Of a DNA stretch of 64,000 bases, positions 1 through 9,759 are shown in pieces. This DNA comes from Thiomicrorhabdus sp. GTDB taxonomy: Bacteria > Pseudomonadota > Gammaproteobacteria > Thiomicrospirales > Thiomicrospiraceae. Location of the stretch: positions 576,985-640,984 of the forward strand of contig NZ_OY759719.1 of NCBI RefSeq assembly GCF_963662555.1. Reading direction: 5' to 3'. The notes below the pieces were generated by a model. That model had not been told where the DNA came from and did no database searches. It saw only the letters and a program-made list of their open reading frames with translations. The position numbers and the translations under genes were made by a program. How positions within the stretch are numbered: the first letter of the stretch is position 1; each line of letters starts with the position of its first letter.

Positions 1-183
1 TTTAACAACTTTACTGGCGGTAAATAAACCACTGTACTCTTTATCAAAATATTGAGCGGCCATTGACTTTACATCACTTTCAGAGGGTTGTGAGTCACCT
101 AAGCAGGCGGTAAGAGAAAATGCCATGAGTAGCAGTAATGCTATAAAAGGGAATTTTAAAAGCGAGTTCTTAATTTGAATCAT
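1..183 (-). CDS. lipoprotein, N-terminal part (gene continues beyond window start)
   Basis: Own translation of the minus strand from ATG at 183 gives MIQIKNSLLKFPFIALLLLMAFSLTACLGDSQ... This is a hydrophobic signal followed by the lipobox L-T-A-C. The frame is open to position 1. It is missing from the ORF track because it is truncated. Confidence 0.5.
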   Translation of the reverse strand, partial: MIQIKNSLLKFPFIALLLLMAFSLTACLGDSQPSESDVKSMAAQYFDKEYSGLFTASKVVK

Positions 184-296
184 TTGATTTCCTTGTCTGC
201 ACTTAACAGAAAAATTTAATATGGCTGTTGAATATAAAAAATCATATGTAGTAAGTGAGCAATGAGTTCGTAATTTTAAAAATCAAAGGATACCAT

Positions 297-318
297 AATC
301 CACCAGGCCAGGTGGATT
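297..318 (-). terminator. hairpin downstream of the Zn-peptidase gene (possible operon terminator)
   Basis: aatccacc-aggcca-ggtggatt forms an 8-bp perfect stem. On the minus strand it is followed by a moderately T-rich stretch (tttgattttt). The hairpin (stem and loop) spans a one-mismatch variant of the window-wide palindrome. Confidence 0.35.
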
Positions 319-336
319 GAGTTGATAAGGTTTTGC

Positions 337-1401
337 TTATTTTAAGGGTTTAGTAATGTTGCTTGGAAAATCAGCATAACCATCGATAAGTGAGTCAATA
401 AATTCTAATTTGTTGCGAACTATTTGGGTAAGAATAAACGGGTAAGCGTCCGTTAATCCCATACTGCGGTTAAGAGCATTCATAATTTGAGCAACTCTTG
501 CCCACTCTGAAAACCAGCTGTTAAAGTCATTGATTTTAGGTTCATAGCTACTTAATCCATAACTTACTGCTGTTTCAAGGGTGTCTACAATGTGCATGTA
601 GTGTGCCCAGGTTTCGGCCCAATCTTCAAAAGGGTGGCTACTGGCATAAGGCGTTATAAACTGGCTACTTTTAAACTTGGGTTTCTTTTGATTATAGTAG
701 TGTTGTAAAGCTTTTTCGTAATCTTGACGTTCATCACCAAACAGTTCTCTAAAGACCTGTAACTGATAGTCCGTTTGAATCAGTTGATCCCAATAATAGT
801 GACCTACTTCATGCCTGAAATGACCAAGGATAGTACGGTATGGTTCGCCCATCTGTTCTTTCATTACATGCAAAAAACCCTCATCGGCTTCAGCGGCATT
901 TATGGTAATTACGCCATTTGAGTGACCCGTTAAAACATGCTCTAAAGCGACATTAGGGTTGCTACGTTGATCTTCTAAAAAATCAAAGGCTAAGCCACCC
1001 TCTTTTTCATGATAATTTTCGATCGGCAAGTTTAAGCTGATTAAGGATGAAATAAGTTGGCGTTTTGCTCGTTCAATGGTTAGCCAACGTTGGTTGTTTT
1101 TTGGGATAGACAAGTCTGGTATATAACGTGTTGTTTTGCATGAAACACATTGCGTATCATGTTCAGATGATACTGCCCAGTTGCAATGAATCGCTGAGTT
1201 TCTGTTATTACAAGGGTGTAAAACAACAGGTGCAGTTTCATTTGTACTAGAATTGGGATGAGTAATAAAGTCGTGGTCAGTTAATACTCCGCTCCACATA
1301 GTTTGTGCTTTTGGGTCGTAAATTAAATCACGACCACATTTATCGCAAAATGCATTATTAAAGAATATCTCTTGTTTGCATTGACAGTAGAACCGCTTCA
1401 A
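337..1401 (-). CDS. zinc-ribbon / putative Zn-metallopeptidase (Peptidase_Mx-like)
   Basis: 354 aa. The N-terminus has a Cys-rich ribbon (CQCKQ...CDKCG) and there is an HExxH motif, HEVGH (FRHEVGHYYWD). It lies 12 nt downstream of the alpha-E gene on the same strand. Confidence 0.7.
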   Translation of the reverse strand: MKRFYCQCKQEIFFNNAFCDKCGRDLIYDPKAQTMWSGVLTDHDFITHPNSSTNETAPVVLHPCNNRNSAIHCNWAVSSEHDTQCVSCKTTRYIPDLSIPKNNQRWLTIERAKRQLISSLISLNLPIENYHEKEGGLAFDFLEDQRSNPNVALEHVLTGHSNGVITINAAEADEGFLHVMKEQMGEPYRTILGHFRHEVGHYYWDQLIQTDYQLQVFRELFGDERQDYEKALQHYYNQKKPKFKSSQFITPYASSHPFEDWAETWAHYMHIVDTLETAVSYGLSSYEPKINDFNSWFSEWARVAQIMNALNRSMGLTDAYPFILTQIVRNKLEFIDSLIDGYADFPSNITKPLK

Positions 1402-1413
1402 GTTGTGAAATCC

Positions 1414-2379
1414 TTACTGAGTTTGTTGTTGGTTTGCAGGAAGTACAATGGGTGGATGGAACCATGTACGATAAAACTCTTTATGCAATACTGAAAGATG
1501 CATTTGTATATCATCAAGATAGTCATGCAAAACAGGTGAACCGATTTCAAACGGTATTTTTTGGTGAATCAGTTCAAGTAGATCATTAATTGCATTTGTC
1601 ACTTCAGTTGAACCCGGTAAGGTAGCAACTTGGGTCTGCATCATACCAACACAGTGTCTAATTGAGCGAAATAAATCAGGGTCATTGACTAAGAATCGAA
1701 TGACCGACTTACCGTTGATTTCCATCTGTAATGCTTGACGGTACATAAAATAAGCGCTCACAGATTTTAATATATTCGCCCACAAGATGCTGTCAAATTG
1801 TTTGATTTCTTGCTCTTCTAACTCTTGAGCAACAAAAAAACCACCTACATCTAAAATACGTGATGTCATATCGGCACGTTCAATTGCTGTACCCAATTGT
1901 AAAAACTGAAAGGTTTTATTTAATCGCATGGTGCCGTCCATCATTCCTGCAATCGCTTGGCATGAACGAATAACGTGTTCTAATAGTTCGTTACGTTTAC
2001 TACGAGTGTTAAAGTCTTCTTGGTTATCTAATACATGAAGATAAAGTTCATTGACGTAAATCCAAGCTTCTCTAGGTAAACTGTCACGAGTAGTGCGAAC
2101 ATTCTCTCTAGCCCACCAAAGTGAAGAGAGTAAGGAAGCCGAATTGTCTCGATCTCCTAAAATGGCCCAGCAACAATTTTTTTCTGTTTTAGCATCGTAA
2201 TGCTCGTCAAAAAACTCGTCGTTACTGGTGATTTCGATGAGAGTGTACCAAGACAACTTGACTGATTTAGGCATATCAAACATGAGCTGTGAATGCACTT
2301 TTGTAAGGCGTGCCGTGTTTTCTATACGTTCTATATAACGTGCTAACCAATAAATTCTTTCTGCAACGCGTGATAACAT
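1414..2379 (-). CDS. alpha-E domain protein (DUF403/COG2307 type)
   Basis: 321 aa. The N-terminus MLSRVAERIYWLARYIERIENTARL is the hallmark of alpha-E proteins. Its start overlaps the upstream ATP-grasp stop (TAATG). Confidence 0.75.
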   Translation of the reverse strand: MLSRVAERIYWLARYIERIENTARLTKVHSQLMFDMPKSVKLSWYTLIEITSNDEFFDEHYDAKTEKNCCWAILGDRDNSASLLSSLWWARENVRTTRDSLPREAWIYVNELYLHVLDNQEDFNTRSKRNELLEHVIRSCQAIAGMMDGTMRLNKTFQFLQLGTAIERADMTSRILDVGGFFVAQELEEQEIKQFDSILWANILKSVSAYFMYRQALQMEINGKSVIRFLVNDPDLFRSIRHCVGMMQTQVATLPGSTEVTNAINDLLELIHQKIPFEIGSPVLHDYLDDIQMHLSVLHKEFYRTWFHPPIVLPANQQQTQ

Positions 2380-3827
2380 TATTTATCCTCCACTTTCACA
2401 ATCCAGGTGTCTTTACTGCCACCACCTTGTGACGAGTTAACCACTAATGAACCTTTGACCAAGGCAACCCGAGTTAATCCTCCAGCGGTTACGTAGCTGT
2501 GTTCTCCATGCAAAATAAAGGGTCTTAAATCTACGTGACGTGCCTCAATACCTTCTTCGCAAATTGTCGGTACGGTAGAGAGTTTTAAGGTTGGTTGTGC
2601 CACATAGTTTCTAGGGTTTTCTTGAATCAATTGATAAAAGGTATCTAGCTCTTCCTGAGTTGCCTTAGTACCAATCAATAAACCATAGCCGCCAGACTCA
2701 TTGGCTGGCTTTACAACTAACTCATTTAAGTGCTTTAAAACATATTCACGGTCTTTAGGGTTGCTGCAAAGATAAGTAGGTACATTGGCAATTAAAGGTT
2801 CTTCGTCTAAATAGTAACGAATAATGTCGGGTACATAAGCATATAAAACTTTATCATCTGCTACACCACAGCCTGGAGCATTCGCAATGCCCACATTACC
2901 ATTTCGCCAAGCTCGCATTAAGCCAGGCACTCCTAAGGCAGAATCTTCGCGAAAGACTTCTGGATCAATAAAATCATCATCAATACGGCGATAAATGACA
3001 TCAACCTTTTGTAGTCCATCAATGTTTCGCATGTAAACGCAATCATCATCGCCCACAATAAGGTCACCACCTTCTACCAATTCAACGCCCATTTCATGGG
3101 CTAAAAATGCGTGTTCATAGTAAGCCGAGTTAAAAATCCCAGGAGTGAGTACCACAATTTCAGGATCTTCAGATTCTGTTGGTGAAATAGAACGCAACAT
3201 CTTAAGAAGTTCATAGGGGTATTGGTTCATTGGTTGAATATTAATGTCTTGAAACGCTTCTGGCATTGCCGTCTTAGAAACGGCACGGTTTTCTAACATA
3301 TAAGAAACACCAGAAGGTACGCGAAGGTTATCTTCAAGTACATAAAATACCCCTTCATCATCACGCACTAAATCTGAACCACAAATGCAGGCCCAAGCCT
3401 GGTGCTTTAATTTCATGCCGCGGCTTTCTTCTCGATAGTCTTTAGAGGTAAGAATGATTTCAGATGGTACGACTCCATCTTTCAATATAGATTGGTCGTT
3501 ATAGATATCTTCAATAAAAAGGTTAAGAGCTTTTAATCTTTGTTTTAAGCCCTCTGCAACTACATCCCATTCTGAAGATTCGATCGTTCTTGGAATTAAA
3601 TCAAATGGCCAAAGACGGTCAATATTGCCTTTATCACTATAAACTGTAAATGAGATACCCATTTGTGCAATGGTCTTATCAGCAATTTTCTGACGTAACT
3701 CTAACTCTTCATAACCCAAGTTATTTAGGTGTTGAAACAGTTCTTTGCAAGCTATCCTTGGTGTTTTGTCTGAACCAATGGATTCATCATAAAAGTCATT
3801 ATTGAAGTATTTTTGTTCTATTTGCAT
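2379..3827 (-). CDS. circularly permuted ATP-grasp type 2 amidoligase (COG2308 type)
   Basis: 482 aa. Length and sequence resemble the circularly permuted ATP-grasp family that is typically paired with alpha-E genes. It is the first gene of the 3-gene operon. Confidence 0.8.
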   Translation of the reverse strand: MQIEQKYFNNDFYDESIGSDKTPRIACKELFQHLNNLGYEELELRQKIADKTIAQMGISFTVYSDKGNIDRLWPFDLIPRTIESSEWDVVAEGLKQRLKALNLFIEDIYNDQSILKDGVVPSEIILTSKDYREESRGMKLKHQAWACICGSDLVRDDEGVFYVLEDNLRVPSGVSYMLENRAVSKTAMPEAFQDINIQPMNQYPYELLKMLRSISPTESEDPEIVVLTPGIFNSAYYEHAFLAHEMGVELVEGGDLIVGDDDCVYMRNIDGLQKVDVIYRRIDDDFIDPEVFREDSALGVPGLMRAWRNGNVGIANAPGCGVADDKVLYAYVPDIIRYYLDEEPLIANVPTYLCSNPKDREYVLKHLNELVVKPANESGGYGLLIGTKATQEELDTFYQLIQENPRNYVAQPTLKLSTVPTICEEGIEARHVDLRPFILHGEHSYVTAGGLTRVALVKGSLVVNSSQGGGSKDTWIVKVEDK

Positions 3828-3957
3828 ATTGACCTCACTTATTTTTTATTTAATATAGCAATTAGTACGTATTTAAAAAATAAAGTCTTAAAAATCAGTA
3901 TGTTAAATATATTTAATGACTCTTTTATATAGCGTTTTGAGTGAGTTGAAAAAAAAT

Positions 3958-3974
3958 TGCACCATAATGGTGAT
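3958..3974. promoter_or_regulatory. NtrC-like enhancer (UAS) candidate
   Basis: TGCACCATAATGGTGAT compared with the enterobacterial NtrC consensus TGCACC-N5-GGTGCA. It contains the inverted repeat CACCAT-A-ATGGTG and lies 214 bp upstream of the sigma54 -24 element. Confidence 0.4.
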
Positions 3975-4187
3975 AAATGAGTAGGTTGTAAAGAATTAAG
4001 CGGTTCTTTGTGGCATTTTTCAATTTATCTGTAATAAAGAATAGAGTTCAAAAAATAAATCTAATGAGATAAATGATGCAATCGATATTTTTTATTAACT
4101 TAATGTTATATATGGACTTATTTTTATTTTATGGTGGCTGAATAAGTGGTTGGTAGTGATTGTTTCAAGGTGGTTTTTTAACACCGT

Positions 4188-4203
4188 TGGCACAATGATT
4201 GCA
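4188..4203 (+). promoter_or_regulatory. sigma54 (-24/-12) promoter of the glucosylglycerate operon
   Basis: TGGCAC-aatga-TTGCA is an exact match to the consensus TGGCAC-N5-TTGCW. It is about 90 bp upstream of the ATG at 4292. Confidence 0.6.
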
Positions 4204-4291
4204 TTAATCGGCTTGTAGCTAAGATTGCTACAAAGTGGAACATTGAGTAAAAAAAGAATTTAAACTTAATTTAAAACGCAAAGGTGCATAG

Positions 4292-5134
4292 ATGAGAAAA
4301 CTGTTGTTTACCGATTTAGATGGCTCTCTTTTGGATCATCATAATTACGACTACTCTCAAGCTCTGCCTGCGTTACAAGCTTTAAAAGCTCAAAATATTC
4401 CATGGATTTTAACCACCAGTAAAACTGCAGAAGAGGTGATTGATATCAAAAGACAGTTAGAAAACCCTTACCCATTTATTGTAGAAAATGGAGCAGGGGT
4501 TTTCTGGCCAAAACAGAGTATGCAGTTTACTGATGTGTTTGAGCGTCAATGGTTGCAAAACATTGAGATTCAAACTTGGCAAAACGACTTTGAATATATA
4601 AGTTTAAATTCCGTTTCAATGACTCAAATGCTTGAGCTTGCAAACGAATTTAGAAAAAAGCTCAATCTTATATTTACGAGCTTTTCAGAAATGAGTGCTC
4701 AGCAGGTGACCGACTGCACCGGCTTGACCGTAGAGCAATCAGCGAAAGCAAAACAACGTCACTTTTCAGAACCTTTGCTTTGGCAAGATTCAGAAGAAAA
4801 ATTACAGCAATTTAAACGTGCTTTACAACCTCATGGTTTACAACTTATTAAAGGTGGCAGATTTGTGCATTTAATGGGGTTGAGTAATAAAGGCCTTGCA
4901 TTACGTTTCTTGGCCGACTACTACTACCAGGCCTGGCAAACACCTATTGAAACCATGGCGTTGGGAGACGGTAATAATGATGTACCATTATTGGAGGCGA
5001 GTGATTACCCAGTGGTGATTCGCTCTCCAGTTAATCCACCTCCACAAGTGAATCACCCTAATGTAGTTGTAACCAAAGAATACGGCCCCGAAGGCTGGAA
5101 CAACGCAGTTTTAAACTGGCTCGTTGTTAATTAA
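4292..5134 (+). CDS. gpgP: glucosyl-/mannosyl-3-phosphoglycerate phosphatase (HAD-IIB, YedP/MpgP family)
   Basis: 280 aa with HAD motifs DLDGSLLD, TTSKT and GDGNND. It sits next to a GpgS-like synthase. Confidence 0.75.
   Translation: MRKLLFTDLDGSLLDHHNYDYSQALPALQALKAQNIPWILTTSKTAEEVIDIKRQLENPYPFIVENGAGVFWPKQSMQFTDVFERQWLQNIEIQTWQNDFEYISLNSVSMTQMLELANEFRKKLNLIFTSFSEMSAQQVTDCTGLTVEQSAKAKQRHFSEPLLWQDSEEKLQQFKRALQPHGLQLIKGGRFVHLMGLSNKGLALRFLADYYYQAWQTPIETMALGDGNNDVPLLEASDYPVVIRSPVNPPPQVNHPNVVVTKEYGPEGWNNAVLNWLVVN
4927..4936. repeat. CCAGGCCTGG palindrome, exact copy
   Basis: Inside gpgP, read as Q-A-W (taCCAGGCCTGGca). Confidence 0.95.
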
Positions 5135-5184
5135 TTACAAATTTATAAAGAGTACGCAAACCCCAAAGAAGGGAAGGAGCAAGT

Positions 5185-6423
5185 ATGGACTTTTACCAAA
5201 ATGGCATTATCACCACCTTACACAATTTAGTGGATAGGCCCATCGAGGATATGGAGGCCGACTTACTTAAGTACAGCAAAAATCGCCCTCTAGGTTTGAT
5301 ATTGCCAAGCTTATATTCAGAGCTACAAACCCCCGCATTAGCCAAGATTGTCGAGGAGCTTAAATCGGTTCCTTATCTTGAAGAGATCGTAATTGGTTTA
5401 GACCGAGCAAATGAAGAAGAGTACCGACATGCGTTAGAGTATTTTTCAGTGTTACCGCAAGATGTTAAGGTCATTTGGAATGATGGCCCGCGAATGAAAG
5501 CGATTCATAAAAAATTAGTAGATGAAGGGATTGCACCAGAAGCTCCTGGAAAAGGACGAAATGTGTGGTACATGATTGGTTATGTTTTGGGGTCAGATCG
5601 AGTGGAGTCGGTTGCCTTACACGACTGTGATATTGTGACCTATGAACGTTCTTTATTGGCCCGTTTGATTTATCCTGTTGCCAACCCTCAGTTTAACTAT
5701 GCCTTTGCTAAAGGATTTTACACCCGTATTGCCAACGGTACTATGAATGGCCGAGTAACTCGTTTATTGGTTACGCCATTAATTAGAGCTTTGCAAAAAA
5801 CGGCAGGTGAGCAGAATGAACGGGCTAATGAGTATTTAGACCATATTGATTCTTACCGTTATCCTTTAGCAGGCGAATTTGCTTTTAGAACAGGGGTGAT
5901 TTCTGATTTACGTATTCCGTCAGATTGGGGACTTGAGATTGGCGTGCTTTCAGAAATGAAAAGAAACATTAGCTCTAACCGAATTTGTCAGGTAGATATT
6001 GCTGATATTTATGACCATAAACACCAAGAATTATCGCCTGAAGATGCCCAAAAAGGGCTTTCTAAAATGTCGATAGATATTGCCAAAGCGTTTTATCGTA
6101 AATTGGCTGCAGAAGGGGTTACGTTTACTCAAGAAGGTTTTAGAACCTTAAAAGCGACTTATTACCGAATAGCCTTGGATTTGATTGAGTCTTATCGTAA
6201 TGACGCCATTATGAATGGCTTAACCTTAGATGTGCACAAAGAAGAAATTGCGGTTGAGATGTTTTCTGAAAACATCATCAAAGCTGGGCGTCACTTTTTA
6301 GATGCTCCAATGGAAACGCCGTTTATTCCTTCATGGAATCGTGTTTCATCTGCTTTTCCAGATATATTACAAGAAATTACCGAAGCGGTTAAGGCCGATA
6401 TGGATGAGTATAAATCAAAATAA
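5185..6423 (+). CDS. gpgS: glucosyl-3-phosphoglycerate synthase-like glycosyltransferase
   Basis: 412 aa. The N-terminus MDFYQNGIITTLHNL and the GKGRNVW and HDCDI motifs are as I recall them for GpgS/MpgS-type retaining glycosyltransferases. It is in an operon with the phosphatase. Confidence 0.7.
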   Translation: MDFYQNGIITTLHNLVDRPIEDMEADLLKYSKNRPLGLILPSLYSELQTPALAKIVEELKSVPYLEEIVIGLDRANEEEYRHALEYFSVLPQDVKVIWNDGPRMKAIHKKLVDEGIAPEAPGKGRNVWYMIGYVLGSDRVESVALHDCDIVTYERSLLARLIYPVANPQFNYAFAKGFYTRIANGTMNGRVTRLLVTPLIRALQKTAGEQNERANEYLDHIDSYRYPLAGEFAFRTGVISDLRIPSDWGLEIGVLSEMKRNISSNRICQVDIADIYDHKHQELSPEDAQKGLSKMSIDIAKAFYRKLAAEGVTFTQEGFRTLKATYYRIALDLIESYRNDAIMNGLTLDVHKEEIAVEMFSENIIKAGRHFLDAPMETPFIPSWNRVSSAFPDILQEITEAVKADMDEYKSK

Positions 6424-6434
6424 CTGGGGGTTTT

Positions 6435-8192
6435 ATGGCAACAACATTTTCCAGCGAATCAGCCTATAACGCATTGGTTGAAAGAATAACGCCCTTAATT
6501 CAGGCTTTGTACCCTAATGAAGATGCCGTTAAGTTGGCAGACAAACTAATAGAAAATACTGGCATTGATAAAGATGATTGCCAGTTGCCTATCTCTCATC
6601 AATCCCATTGGAATGAGCAAGATATTATGCTCATAACCTATGGTGATACCATTCTCAAAGAGGGTGAAAAACCTCTACAAACCTTAAAAAGCACCTTAGA
6701 TACTTACTTAAAAGAAAGTGTGTCTATGGTGCATATTTTGCCCTATTACCCTTATACCTCCGATGGGGGATTTGCGGTGTCTGATTATGAAAAGATCAAT
6801 CCCGATTTAGGGGATTGGTCTGACGTGACAGAGATTAGCCAAGATTACAAAATTATGGCGGATTTAGTGATTAACCATTGCTCCAGTGAGCACCCTTGGT
6901 TTAAAGCTTTTGAAGCTGGTGATCCTAAATATGAGCATTATTTTGTACAAGCTAGTCCCACCGATGATTTATCTGAAGTGGTTCGTCCACGTACTACCCC
7001 TTTATTACGTATTACCCATACTCCAGAAGGTGAAAAATACGTTTGGTGTACTTTTAGCCATGACCAGATCGACCTTAACTTTGCCAACCCAGAGGTGTTG
7101 TTAGAGATTATGCGATTAATCTCGTTGTATATTGATAAGGGAGCGAGTATTTTCAGGTTAGATGCTATTGGTTTTTTATGGAAAATTATCGGTACAACCT
7201 GTATTCATTTACCAGAAACTCACATGGCCATTCAATTGATGCGAGCGTTAATTGAATATCGTTTGTCAGATGCGATTATCATTACTGAAACAAACGTGCC
7301 TAAACGAGAAAACCTGACCTATTTCGGTAATGCCAATGAAGCTCATATGGTGTACAACTTTTCCTTACCGCCATTGTTAATTAATTCTATGATTACCGGA
7401 TCGGCAAAACATTTAAAAACGTGGTTAATGTCTATGCCTCCAGCACAAATGGGGACCACCTTTTTAAACTTTATTGCCAGTCATGATGGCATTGGTGTAA
7501 GACCCGCCGAGGGGATTTTGGACCCAGAAGAATTGCAAAACATGATTTATGCATTGCAATCTTTTGGGGCAAAGGTTTCTTGGCGAGCGGGTTTAAATGG
7601 TGAAAAGCATCCCTACGAGATTAATATTGCCCTGATTGATGCATTTAAAGGTACTGCAGAGGGAGAGGATAACTACCAGATAGAGCGAATGTTATGTGCT
7701 CATGCCATAGCGATTGCTTTAGAGGGGATTCCTGCTATTTATGTACACTCTTTCTTTGCCACTGAAAATGATTATGAAATGTTAGAACAAACCGAGCATA
7801 ATCGTGATATAAATCGTCATAAATGGCGTGCTGAAGAGTTATATCCTTTATTGGATAAACCTGAGAGTATACATGCTAAGGTGTTAAGTGGATTGAACAA
7901 GTTAATTAATCTACGTAAACAGCAAGCGGCCTTTCATCCAAATGCGACACAATTTACCTTACATCTGCCAGATGAGTTGTTTGGTTTTTGGCGTCAAAGC
8001 TTAATGCGACACCAGAGTATTTTTGTGGTGAATAATGTCACAAATCAATCACAAAGCTTAAGCTTGGCACAATTAAACTTAATTGATATGGATGAGTGGA
8101 AAGAGATTATTAGCGGTGAAATGATTACCGATTTATACGGTGAATACGTTCTTGCCCCATACCAAACGGTATGGATTACCAACCGTTGGTAA
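6435..8192 (+). CDS. GH13 sucrose-phosphorylase-family enzyme, likely glucosylglycerate phosphorylase
   Basis: 585 aa with GH13 signatures FRLDAIGFLWK (nucleophile Asp), ITETNVP (acid/base Glu) and ASHDGIG. The substrate assignment comes only from the genomic context. Confidence 0.7.
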   Translation: MATTFSSESAYNALVERITPLIQALYPNEDAVKLADKLIENTGIDKDDCQLPISHQSHWNEQDIMLITYGDTILKEGEKPLQTLKSTLDTYLKESVSMVHILPYYPYTSDGGFAVSDYEKINPDLGDWSDVTEISQDYKIMADLVINHCSSEHPWFKAFEAGDPKYEHYFVQASPTDDLSEVVRPRTTPLLRITHTPEGEKYVWCTFSHDQIDLNFANPEVLLEIMRLISLYIDKGASIFRLDAIGFLWKIIGTTCIHLPETHMAIQLMRALIEYRLSDAIIITETNVPKRENLTYFGNANEAHMVYNFSLPPLLINSMITGSAKHLKTWLMSMPPAQMGTTFLNFIASHDGIGVRPAEGILDPEELQNMIYALQSFGAKVSWRAGLNGEKHPYEINIALIDAFKGTAEGEDNYQIERMLCAHAIAIALEGIPAIYVHSFFATENDYEMLEQTEHNRDINRHKWRAEELYPLLDKPESIHAKVLSGLNKLINLRKQQAAFHPNATQFTLHLPDELFGFWRQSLMRHQSIFVVNNVTNQSQSLSLAQLNLIDMDEWKEIISGEMITDLYGEYVLAPYQTVWITNRW

Positions 8193-8299
8193 CCTATTCG
8201 AATAGACAATTAGGTAACAAAACAAGCAATAAGAAAAATCAACCTAACAAACACAACAGTTTTAGAATTTAGACGTTAAAAACCAACAAGGAATAGAGT

Positions 8300-9757
8300 A
8301 TGTCAGCTGCAGATATTGGTTTAATTGGCCTTGCCGTAATGGGGCAAAACTTGGTGTTAAATATGGCAGAACACGGCTTTCATGTCTGTGTTTACAACCG
8401 TTCAGAACAAAAAACCGATGAGTTTATTAAGAACCGAGCGCAAGGGTTTCCAATTAGTGCTGCTTACTCTTTAAAAGAGTTGGTTGATTCTTTGGCCGCA
8501 CCTCGTAAAGTCATGTTAATGGTTAAGGCTGGTGATGTGGTTGATGCCTTTATTGAACAGCTTGTTCCTTTATTAGATAAAGGCGACATCATTATTGATG
8601 GTGGTAATTCGCTGTATATTGATTCAAACCGCAGAACCAAAGAATTAGCCGAGAAAGGGATTTTGTTTATTGGTACAGGTGTTTCTGGGGGCGAAGAGGG
8701 TGCTCGTTTTGGGCCATCAATTATGCCAGGTGGTAATAAACAGGCCTGGGAAAGTGTTAAACCCATTTTTCAATCAATTGCCGCTAAATCGGGTGATGAA
8801 GCCTGCTGCGATTGGGTAGGTGACGATGGTGCTGGGCACTATGTAAAAATGGTGCATAACGGGATTGAGTATGGTGATATGCAACTGATTTCAGAAGCCT
8901 ATCAATTAATGCGAGAAGGCTTAGGTATGAGTGCTGACGAATGCCAAGCGGTATTTGCTGACTGGAATAAAGGCGTTTTAGACTCATACCTAATAGAAAT
9001 TACTGCTGAAATCTTAACCTTTAAAGACACAGATGGTGAGCCGTTGGTTGATAAGATTTTAGATGCAGCGGGTCAAAAGGGTACTGGTAAATGGACTGGT
9101 ATTAGCTCATTAGAGCTCGGTATTCCTGTTACTCTTATTACCGAGTCTGTTTATGCACGTTGTTTATCCGCTTTAAAAACAGAGCGTGTACAGGCCTCTA
9201 AAATTTATCCAAGAACCGCATCGACTAAAACCTATACGGCTGAAGAAAAACAAGCCATTGTAGCCTCAATTCATGACGCTCTATATGCCTCAAAAATCAT
9301 CTCTTACGCACAAGGTTATATGCTAATGGCAGAAGCTGCTAAAGCGTACAGCTGGGACTTAAATTACGGTGGTATTGCCTTAATGTGGCGTGGTGGTTGT
9401 ATTATTCGTAGCCGTTTCTTAGAAGAGATTAAACACGCTTACGAAAAACAACCAGGCCTGGCAAATCTACTGCAAGCACCTTTCTTTGAAAAGGCCATTA
9501 AAACCGCAGAAGATCACTGGCGTAAAGCCGTGGTTTTTGGTATTGAACAACAAATTGCGACTCCAACGTTAAGTTCTGCCTTAGCATTTTTTGATGGTTA
9601 TCGTAGTGAAGTTGTGCCAGCCAATTTATTGCAAGCACAACGTGATTACTTTGGTGCTCATACCTATGAGCGTGTTGATGCTCCACGTGGAGAGTTCTTC
9701 CATACCGATTGGATTCAATCTGGCGGTAATGTCAGCTCTACGACTTATGAGGTTTAA
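8300..9757 (+). CDS. gnd: 6-phosphogluconate dehydrogenase, decarboxylating
   Basis: 485 aa. N-terminal Rossmann motif [13 protein letters not shown], with full-length resemblance to Gnd. Confidence 0.95.
   Translation: MSAADIGLIGLAVMGQNLVLNMAEHGFHVCVYNRSEQKTDEFIKNRAQGFPISAAYSLKELVDSLAAPRKVMLMVKAGDVVDAFIEQLVPLLDKGDIIIDGGNSLYIDSNRRTKELAEKGILFIGTGVSGGEEGARFGPSIMPGGNKQAWESVKPIFQSIAAKSGDEACCDWVGDDGAGHYVKMVHNGIEYGDMQLISEAYQLMREGLGMSADECQAVFADWNKGVLDSYLIEITAEILTFKDTDGEPLVDKILDAAGQKGTGKWTGISSLELGIPVTLITESVYARCLSALKTERVQASKIYPRTASTKTYTAEEKQAIVASIHDALYASKIISYAQGYMLMAEAAKAYSWDLNYGGIALMWRGGCIIRSRFLEEIKHAYEKQPGLANLLQAPFFEKAIKTAEDHWRKAVVFGIEQQIATPTLSSALAFFDGYRSEVVPANLLQAQRDYFGAHTYERVDAPRGEFFHTDWIQSGGNVSSTTYEV
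9452..9461. repeat. CCAGGCCTGG palindrome, exact copy
   Basis: Inside gnd, read as P-G-L (aaCCAGGCCTGGca). Confidence 0.95.
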
Positions 9758-9759
9758 TC

